In this document: positions 57,817 through 64,000 of the stretch, one piece after another
Layout of the letters: the number at the start of each line of letters is the position of its first letter
How positions within the stretch are numbered: position 1 is the stretch's first letter
Source: Candidatus Aenigmatarchaeota archaeon
GTDB lineage: Archaea > Aenigmatarchaeota > Aenigmatarchaeia > CG10238-14
Assembly (NCBI GenBank): GCA_018304545.1
Contig: JAGVVZ010000002.1
Coordinates: forward strand, 16,999 to 80,998
Length of the DNA stretch: 64,000 nucleotides
Reading direction: 5' to 3'
Program-made: the position numbers and the translations under genes
Notes under the pieces: generated by a model
Database searches by the model: none
The model's input: the letters and a program-made list of their open reading frames with translations, nothing else
What the model was told of the DNA's origin: nothing

Positions 57817-59055
57817 TTGAATATAATAGCCGATATTATTGAATCAATTGTAGGCAATAACATGAATTTTGAGATCGTTTCCGTTATTGGTTTTTTAATT
57901 TTTCTAGTTTTAATTATATATAAGGATAGAAAAAATATTGAAATCAAATCATTACTTTTCATAAAAAGAAGTCAGAGTGGAAAAAAATTTATTTATGATT
58001 TCTCAAAAAAACATGAAAAAATATTAAGATTAATCGGAACAATAGCTGTCATAGTTGGTTTTATTGCATCTATATATGCCATATGGTTACTTTCAGAATC
58101 TACTATCAATTTATTTTTAAAATTATTTTACAAAAAAGAAGTCGCTATAAAACCATTCAAGTTAATATTGCCAACAGTAAGTGGTGTGAGACTTCCTGGT
58201 TTTATTCTCGGTGTTCCTTTTTGGTATTGGATAATAGGTGTTTTTGTTGTAATGTTTGCACATGAGCCGATGCATGCATTTCTTGCAAGAGTCGAAAAAG
58301 TTAGAATAAAATCGTTTGGTGTTCTATTATTATTAATATTACCTGGAGCTTTTGTAGAACCTGATGACAACCAATTGAAAAAATTATCTAGAATGAAAAA
58401 ATTAAGAATATACGCTGCTGGAAGTTTTGGCAATTTTATCATTGGATCTTTGTTTATATTATTATTTCTAAGTTACAATTTTTCCTTAAATCAAATAATG
58501 AAACCCGAAGGTGTGGTATTTACAAAAACTGTTGATAAAAGTCCTGCACAAGAAGTGGGGTTAAATGGTGTGATAATAGAAGTCAACTCAAAGAGTATAA
58601 AAAGTATTTCAGATTTTGAAAATGTGATGAAAAATGTCAAACCTAATGATGTAATAACTATCAAAACGACATCTGGCGCTTTTGACATAAAAACATCCAC
58701 AAATCCGGATGTACCAGAATTACCATTTATAGGGATAGAATATCCAAGAACATATCTTGTTTATAGCGGAATACTGAACGGCAAAGGACCTGTATCTATC
58801 AATGCAATGAATATAATATTCTGGTTTTTAGATTTATTCGGGTGGCTAATATTACTAAATTTAGGTATAGGTGTTTTTAATTTGCTACCAGCAAAACCCT
58901 TAGATGGTGGTTTAATGTTTGAAGAGGTAATTGGGATATTCTACAAGGGTGAAAATAAAGAAAAAATAGTGCAAATTGTCTCTGTTACCATTCTAATATT
59001 AATATTGATAAATCTTTTTGGAGAAAACATAATAAATTTATTCAAATTTGGTTAG
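57817..59055 (+). CDS. Site-2 protease (M50 family) with PDZ domain
   Basis: HEPMHAF (HExxH) in a TM helix, downstream ..NLLPAKPLDGG.. LDG motif, central PDZ-like segment; 412 aa. Confidence 0.8.
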   Translation: MNIIADIIESIVGNNMNFEIVSVIGFLIFLVLIIYKDRKNIEIKSLLFIKRSQSGKKFIYDFSKKHEKILRLIGTIAVIVGFIASIYAIWLLSESTINLFLKLFYKKEVAIKPFKLILPTVSGVRLPGFILGVPFWYWIIGVFVVMFAHEPMHAFLARVEKVRIKSFGVLLLLILPGAFVEPDDNQLKKLSRMKKLRIYAAGSFGNFIIGSLFILLFLSYNFSLNQIMKPEGVVFTKTVDKSPAQEVGLNGVIIEVNSKSIKSISDFENVMKNVKPNDVITIKTTSGAFDIKTSTNPDVPELPFIGIEYPRTYLVYSGILNGKGPVSINAMNIIFWFLDLFGWLILLNLGIGVFNLLPAKPLDGGLMFEEVIGIFYKGENKEKIVQIVSVTILILILINLFGENIINLFKFG

Positions 59056-59614
59056 TTGGAACTTCAATTTTTCTAAACTCAAAATTTCTTATAGGATAAA
59101 TTTTCGATCCTTCTTTCATTACTTGTCTTTTCACAGAATCGTCTATAACTTTTGTTAAAAACAAATCAAGTTTATTGCTTTCAACTATTTTCTTTATATT
59201 ATTTTTAACAAAGTCATTAATAGACTTTTCTGTTCCTCTTTTTACTTTTCTGTTAGTTACTAGAACTGATTTGACTATAATTTTTTTATCGTCTTTAGTT
59301 GTTAATTTCTGAACTGTATCTATTCTATCTATGCCATGTCTTATCATTCTTGATACATAATCACGTAAACATTCTAAACCAGAGAACTCTGTGTTTGCAT
59401 TTTTATCTTTTATATTTATTATCCTGAAATTAACTTTAAAATAATATTTATTCATATCATTAGTCAAGTTTATTAACGGTGTTTCAACTTTTCTCCAAAT
59501 AAGTTTTTTCTGATCATCTACTGGTGTTTGACCTAGAACTTTATTTGAAAATAATTCCGGTGCGACAATAGAATACCATTCTTTTCCTTTAATTTTTTTA
59601 GACATTAATATCAC
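59042..59614 (-). CDS. rps3ae: 30S ribosomal protein S3Ae
   Basis: ..KKIKGKEWYSIVAPELF...LIWRKVETPLINLTND...YFKVNFRI.. S3Ae signature. Confidence 0.85.
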   Translation of the reverse strand: MILMSKKIKGKEWYSIVAPELFSNKVLGQTPVDDQKKLIWRKVETPLINLTNDMNKYYFKVNFRIINIKDKNANTEFSGLECLRDYVSRMIRHGIDRIDTVQKLTTKDDKKIIVKSVLVTNRKVKRGTEKSINDFVKNNIKKIVESNKLDLFLTKVIDDSVKRQVMKEGSKIYPIRNFEFRKIEVPTNQI

Positions 59615-60072
59615 TTTTGTTGTACTAATAATTTGGCTAGTGCCGGATCATAAGACCAACTAGGATCAATGATTTTTCTTCTGGAATAATATTTACCCAG
59701 TCTTCTTACTTTAGATTCTAATAATTCTAAATTTCTTTTAGAAGTGTAGTCTTTTTTATTTTTTTCTAAGTGATACCGTAAAACAACAGCTCGTTTAAGC
59801 AAATTCAACAAATCTTCAGGGAATTTAGAATATAAGTTATTTTCTTTCATGATAGAACTTATGGTTTTACCTGTCATACTTCTAACAGATGGTATACCAA
59901 ACTGGTCCCTTAGAATCAGACCGATTTTAGAAGATTGGTTGCCTTCTTTAGCTGTATTTAAAACTAGTTTCTCTACTTCATTTTTTTTATATCTAATCCA
60001 TTTGGGAGGTGTTTTAATTGACGGTTTCTTGGATCCAGACTTTCCTCTTACTCTTGCGTGGATTCTTGCCAT
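59611..60072 (-). CDS. rps15: 30S ribosomal protein S15 (S15P/S13e)
   Basis: MARIHARVRGKSGSKKP...; 153 aa with S13e N-domain and S15 C-domain. Confidence 0.9.
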   Translation of the reverse strand: MARIHARVRGKSGSKKPSIKTPPKWIRYKKNEVEKLVLNTAKEGNQSSKIGLILRDQFGIPSVRSMTGKTISSIMKENNLYSKFPEDLLNLLKRAVVLRYHLEKNKKDYTSKRNLELLESKVRRLGKYYSRRKIIDPSWSYDPALAKLLVQQK

Positions 60073-60315
60073 TTATTCACCCTTTATTTCTTCTAACAGC
60101 CAAACAATAACCAATGCTATGGTCGATAAAAAAGATATTAAGCTTCCATACATAGCCAAAATTGCTGATATACCCTTTGTCCCGAAAATATTTAAAGCGA
60201 TACCTAAAGATAACATGAAAGCTCCACCCAAAAGCCCATAAATACAATAGGCCTCAATTTTGCTGTATTTGTCTTTTTCTTTCGATAAATTTAGCAAATC
60301 TCTAAACACGTTCAT
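60073..60315 (-). CDS. Small two-TM membrane protein, hypothetical
   Basis: 80 aa hydrophobic ORF, coupled to the S15 gene start. Confidence 0.25.
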   Translation of the reverse strand: MNVFRDLLNLSKEKDKYSKIEAYCIYGLLGGAFMLSLGIALNIFGTKGISAILAMYGSLISFLSTIALVIVWLLEEIKGE

Positions 60316-60672
60316 CTCCTTTATTACAAGAGTGTATCTTTATATTCTTTTTTATATACTTTTAAAAATTCTATTTATGAGATAATTTTAAGAATATAGC
60401 GGATATAAATTGGATATAAATTGGAGGTTAAGTTTTTTAATGTGTGATGTTCGAGAAGGCCGTTCATGTAATAATTTCAGTACATGTCCTGTTTTATTAG
60501 CGAATTTACAAAGGAATTATATGAATAGAACTTTAGACGCTATTTTTAAAACTTTATACAATATAGAAAAACATCTTGAAACAACAAATGGGCTTGCTAA
60601 AACAAAGAAAGAGGAAAGGAACTCTTGAAATAGATATTAGTTTATTATATCAATTCTTTATTAGTGCGATAA

Positions 60673-61413
60673 ATGGTAACTGTAGTTTTGATACCTGCAT
60701 ATAACGAAGAAGCAACAATAAGGGATATTATAATAAGACTTAAAAAAATAGATTATTTAGTTCCACTAGTAATAGATGATTATTCGTCTGATAAAACTGT
60801 AGAAATATCCAAAAAAGAAGGTAGTATCGTAATAAAGCATAAAAAAAACAAAGGGAAGGGTGAGGCATTAATAACAGGTTTCAACTTTATTTTAAAAAAA
60901 CTTAAAAAAGCAGAATATGTAGCTATTTTGGATGCTGATTTGCAATATATGCCTGAAGATATCCCTAAACTAATAAAACCTCTAAAAAATAAAAATGCCG
61001 ATTATGTAACGGGTTATAGAAACTGGATGAAAATACCTTTTAGACACACTCTTGGTAATTTCATATGGAGAACTTGTTTTAATCTGCTTTTTGGAACAAA
61101 TTTCAAAGACACCAACTGCGGATTTATAGCAATGAATAGAAACTCCATGAAAATTCTAATAAAAGGGGGTTATGGTGGTTACATAATAGAAAATGTAATG
61201 TTAGTAGAAGCCTTAAATAATAATTTAAAAATAAAACAAATACCCGTTGATGTATATTACTACGAAAAAAGGGATATCATCACAGGTTCTAGGTATGTTC
61301 TAGGAAATTTGATTTTTATTATAGAATCTGGTATAAGACATAGATTTGGAATAGAATTAAAATTATATGAAAAAATCGAGAAAACAAAACTGATTTTCAC
61401 TAAAGGTAACTGA
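60673..61413 (+). CDS. Family-2 glycosyltransferase, dolichol-phosphate sugar transferase-like (soluble GT-A domain, no TM region)
   Basis: ..VVLIPAYNEEATI.. , ..LVIDDYSSDKT.. , ..LDADLQ.. DxD motif; 246 aa. Confidence 0.65.
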   Translation: MVTVVLIPAYNEEATIRDIIIRLKKIDYLVPLVIDDYSSDKTVEISKKEGSIVIKHKKNKGKGEALITGFNFILKKLKKAEYVAILDADLQYMPEDIPKLIKPLKNKNADYVTGYRNWMKIPFRHTLGNFIWRTCFNLLFGTNFKDTNCGFIAMNRNSMKILIKGGYGGYIIENVMLVEALNNNLKIKQIPVDVYYYEKRDIITGSRYVLGNLIFIIESGIRHRFGIELKLYEKIEKTKLIFTKGN

Positions 61414-61510
61414 ATAAAAAATAGCTATAGCTCGCCTAGAACCTCTTCTATTGAGTTTTTTCTAACAACCGTTGGATGAAAGAAAAACATAGAACGAGAA
61501 TTATGCTTGC

Positions 61511-61828
61511 CTACCACATAAATTTAGGTTTGCCGAACAAAATTTGAGATAATACAGCAACACCTAGCTCGACAAACATGCCACTTCCCCCCTCATCGCT
61601 CAACAAAATCATCACATCACAACTTTTGACGCCATTTATATCTTCAATCGAATAATTACTAGAAGTTTTATGGTTTTTTTCGTATGGTTTAATTGGCTCA
61701 TGCGAAGTCCAATCCACAGAAATTTTATGACCTATTTTGATCAATTTTTCGTATAGCTTTCGAACTATATCCTTTTTTTCAAATCTCGCAGCAACATAAA
61801 TTTTCATAATATAGTTTATATTGGACAA
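61511..61828 (-). CDS. Small Rossmann-like protein, possibly nucleoside 2-deoxyribosyltransferase-like; hypothetical
   Basis: MKIYVAARFEKKDIVRKL...CDVMILLSDEGGSGMFVELGVAV pattern; weak assignment. Confidence 0.3.
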   Translation of the reverse strand: MSNINYIMKIYVAARFEKKDIVRKLYEKLIKIGHKISVDWTSHEPIKPYEKNHKTSSNYSIEDINGVKSCDVMILLSDEGGSGMFVELGVAVLSQILFGKPKFMW

Positions 61829-61870
61829 AATATAAGATTAAAGAAGTTTACTGTAGATATTTAGTTAAAT

Positions 61871-61993
61871 GGGACTGTAGCTCAGACTGGGAGAGCACAT
61901 ACATAAAGTAGCTCAAACGGCTGAAGCCCGTGGTGTCGCTGGAAGATAACGAGTGTATCTCTTATCTGGCGAATTCAAATCCGGCCAGTCCCA
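61871..61993 (+). tRNA. tRNA-Phe(GAA) with two non-canonical introns: 18 nt at 27/28 and 31 nt at 53/54
   Basis: GGGACTG-TA-GCTC-AGACTGGGA-GAGC-A-C[atacataaagtagctcaa]ACGG-CTGAAGC-CCGTG-GTGTC-GCTGG[aagataacgagtgtatctcttatctggcgaa]TTCAAAT-CCGGC-CAGTCCC-A. Removing both insertions gives a 74-nt cloverleaf with perfect stems, U33, GAA, G37. Confidence 0.65.
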
Positions 61994-62150
61994 TTATTTT
62001 AATCTTTCATGTTTTTTTATTGATGATAAACCAACACGATTTAAGAATTTGTATGAACGAAATGATAATATATTATATATTTATTAACCAATATATTCAG
62101 GTGATATTATCAAATTAAACATAGTTCCTCTGGGCAATATTGATCAAGTA

Positions 62151-62618
62151 TTGTTAGATAATATCAAAAGAGAGTTAAGAAAAAAATTCAAATGGTCTGT
62201 TGATATCACAAATCCCTTAGAAATACCGCAGAATATTTTTAACAAATTTAGGAACCAATATGAATCATCGCTTACCTTAGAATTTTTAACAAAACAATTT
62301 CCAGATGATCATGTAGTAGCTATAACTAATTCTGATTTATATACTACGGGATTAAATTTCATTTTTGGACAGGCAAAAATAGGAAAGGCTATGATAGTGT
62401 CAACTCACAGATTGGCTCCGACATTCTACAAAGACCGAGGCAATGAAAAATTACATCAAGATAGAGTATTAAAGGAATGTGTGCACGAAATAGGTCATAT
62501 GTTTGGACTGCAGCACTGCAAAGAAAGAGGTTGTATAATGTCACCTTCTGGAACAATTAAAGATATAGATAACAAATCAATAGAATTCTGTCATATGTGC
62601 GAACTTCAATTAAAATAA
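62151..62618 (+). CDS. amzA: Archaemetzincin (zinc metallopeptidase)
   Basis: HEIGHMFGLQHC ... C-x2-C signature (HExxHxxGxxHC plus Cys4 zinc site); 155 aa. Confidence 0.85.
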   Translation: MLDNIKRELRKKFKWSVDITNPLEIPQNIFNKFRNQYESSLTLEFLTKQFPDDHVVAITNSDLYTTGLNFIFGQAKIGKAMIVSTHRLAPTFYKDRGNEKLHQDRVLKECVHEIGHMFGLQHCKERGCIMSPSGTIKDIDNKSIEFCHMCELQLK

Positions 62619-62680
62619 AGACCTTGAATCCATATCATATGGTCTTATAATAATACTTAAATATTTTAATTATTAGTTGA

Positions 62681-63229
62681 TTGCTTATGTTAGAAGGAGA
62701 GTTAATTGAAAACAGAGTAAACATAAATGACAAAGAAGGACTGGATTTATATGATGAAAATGGGTATGGTAAGCCATTAGAAAATGAATTGGAATTGGCT
62801 CTTGTAGAAGCAGTTTTTTTGTTGAAAAAAGACAAACTAAAAGTTTTCAGCACAAAAAATAATAAAAGAAATTTTTGGAAATATGATGACTTCTATAGAT
62901 ATGCTTCTGAAAAAGAACCTGAGTTCCATCAAAAATTTGTTGTGTATTCAGATTTGAGAGAAAGGGGTTATTTAGTTAAAACTGGTTTTAAATTCGGTGC
63001 CCATTTTCGTGTATATGAAAGAGGTGTTAAATTAAAAAGGGGGCCAAAAGCACCGCATGAACACACAAAATTTGTAGTTCATTCTATTAAAGAAGAGGAT
63101 AGATTCTCTTATCCAGAATTGTCTCGAGCTGCTAGATTAGCACAAAATATAAGAGCGAAAATGGTATGGGCTGTTGTGGATTCTGAAAATGATGTAACAT
63201 ACTATACAATAAATAGATTCACACCATAA
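62681..63229 (+). CDS. endA: tRNA-splicing endonuclease, catalytic (alpha-type) subunit
   Basis: 182 aa; ..YSDLRERGYLVKTGFKFGAHFRVYERG.. and C-terminal ..HTKFVVHSI......SRAARLAQNIRAKMVWAVV.. with catalytic Tyr/His/Lys positions. Confidence 0.85.
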   Translation: MLMLEGELIENRVNINDKEGLDLYDENGYGKPLENELELALVEAVFLLKKDKLKVFSTKNNKRNFWKYDDFYRYASEKEPEFHQKFVVYSDLRERGYLVKTGFKFGAHFRVYERGVKLKRGPKAPHEHTKFVVHSIKEEDRFSYPELSRAARLAQNIRAKMVWAVVDSENDVTYYTINRFTP

Positions 63230-63234
63230 AGATT

Positions 63235-64000
63235 TTAATAAAATAACTTGTATCTTAAAACTGCTCCTATACCGCCAAAACTGGTAAATTGCTGTCCTAT
63301 TTCGTGTGATATAGATATAATAAAAACTTCTCCATTTTTGTTTTCAACATTCCTAGCTATATTATCTATTTTTTGGTCGCGTATTTTTTCTTCTGATACA
63401 AGCAGAAACAGGATTGCGCCAGAAACTTCTGCTTGTTCTATTTCGTCCATCTTGTAAACTACAAGACCATCATCTTTTTTTAAATGTAAGAAAAATTCTT
63501 CAATTAATTTAGTTTCTTTAATTACTTCACTATCTTTAATTATTTTCTCTAGCATACCTCTTTTTAAAATCTCTATCACTCCAGATTTTGTAGCAGATGA
63601 AGTAGAGTCTATTTTTATTTTTTTATACAGAGATTCGTCTCTATCTTTAATTATGTTTGAAACGTGTTCTTTGACAAACCCGGGACCTGCAATTATAATA
63701 TTCTGTACGTTTTCTGATAATTTCTCAATTTCGGTTGCTATTTTTTTATAATATTCTATCAATCTATCTTCTTCCTGTATGGAATGTGGATTAGAAAATT
63801 CCGATATAATATCTGCTGTGCCTTTTTTCAACATAGCGATAGTAATTTGATCGTAATCCATAACTGCGATGAGTATATTGGGAACTTTAGTTTCGGCTTT
63901 TTTAAGTTTTTGAAACTGATATCTACTCCATTGTTTTTTGGTTATAGACAAGATGCTTCCTGGTTTAACTTCAATTGTATGATATGAACTAAGTTCTGTT
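63235..64000 (-). CDS. Pelota/Dom34-like mRNA surveillance factor (N-terminus beyond window end)
   Basis: Central-domain ..IIAGPGFVKE.. and C-terminal ..FGGIGAVLRYKL.. eRF1/Pelota signatures. Frame stays open from 63951 to position 64000 (…TIEVKPGSIL…). Confidence 0.65.
   Translation of the reverse strand, partial: TELSSYHTIEVKPGSILSITKKQWSRYQFQKLKKAETKVPNILIAVMDYDQITIAMLKKGTADIISEFSNPHSIQEEDRLIEYYKKIATEIEKLSENVQNIIIAGPGFVKEHVSNIIKDRDESLYKKIKIDSTSSATKSGVIEILKRGMLEKIIKDSEVIKETKLIEEFFLHLKKDDGLVVYKMDEIEQAEVSGAILFLLVSEEKIRDQKIDNIARNVENKNGEVFIISISHEIGQQFTSFGGIGAVLRYKLFY

Noticed and set aside
60410-60628. Plus-strand 72-aa ORF upstream of the Dpm1-like GT2
   Set aside because: No conserved features; likely promoter/leader region.
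1-64000. Genome-wide UGA recoding (code 4 or 25) suggested by the TGA in the acylphosphatase gene
   Set aside because: TGA clearly terminates other genes here (blaI-like gene at 3540-3542 with ATGA coupling; ORF ending at 43243), and no other conserved gene is interrupted.
1-64000. CRISPR arrays, IS elements, prophage or integrase genes
   Set aside because: No regularly spaced direct repeats and no transposase, integrase or phage structural genes were seen; tRNA genes are not flanked by recognisable att-like duplications.

Overview
AT-rich archaeal chromosomal window (roughly two-thirds A+T by eye; proteins rich in K/N/I). No transposase, integrase or CRISPR array was found. The centre is the conserved archaeal transcription/translation cluster on the minus strand: rpoH, rpoB'', rpoB' (fused in frame to rpoA'), rpoA'', L30e, NusA, S12, S7, EF-2, EF-1alpha. 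A standalone 5S rRNA sits between two intron-containing tRNAs next to rpoH. S10 is displaced about 3.5 kb from EF-1alpha by two processive family-2 glycosyltransferases and a membrane-anchored thioredoxin-like protein. Other blocks: an envelope thiol-disulfide module (CcdA-like, triple thioredoxin-repeat protein, Cys-rich membrane proteins) next to a BlaI/BlaR1-like repressor/sensor pair. Pyruvate/2-oxoacid dehydrogenase E1alpha/E1beta/E2. Endonuclease III, TET-type peptidase, glutaredoxin, amino-acid dehydrogenase, NAD kinase, an acylphosphatase with an in-frame TGA, MetAP, Lrp, family-B DNA polymerase, ATP-dependent DNA ligase, ThrRS, and a tRNA-maturation neighbourhood (TtuA/Ncs6-like, Elp3, CCA-adding enzyme, GluRS, and further on tRNA-splicing endonuclease EndA). 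Two ribosomal clusters: L7Ae-S28e-L24e and S13-S4-S11-rpoD. Eight tRNA genes were found by eye. Most carry insertions, several at non-canonical positions (around 26-28 and 53/54). I consider this the most notable feature together with the rpoB'-rpoA' fusion. Lineage guess (inference only): a DPANN- or Thermoplasmata-like archaeon with unlinked rRNA genes. All calls come from reading the sequence and ORF translations; no searches were run.
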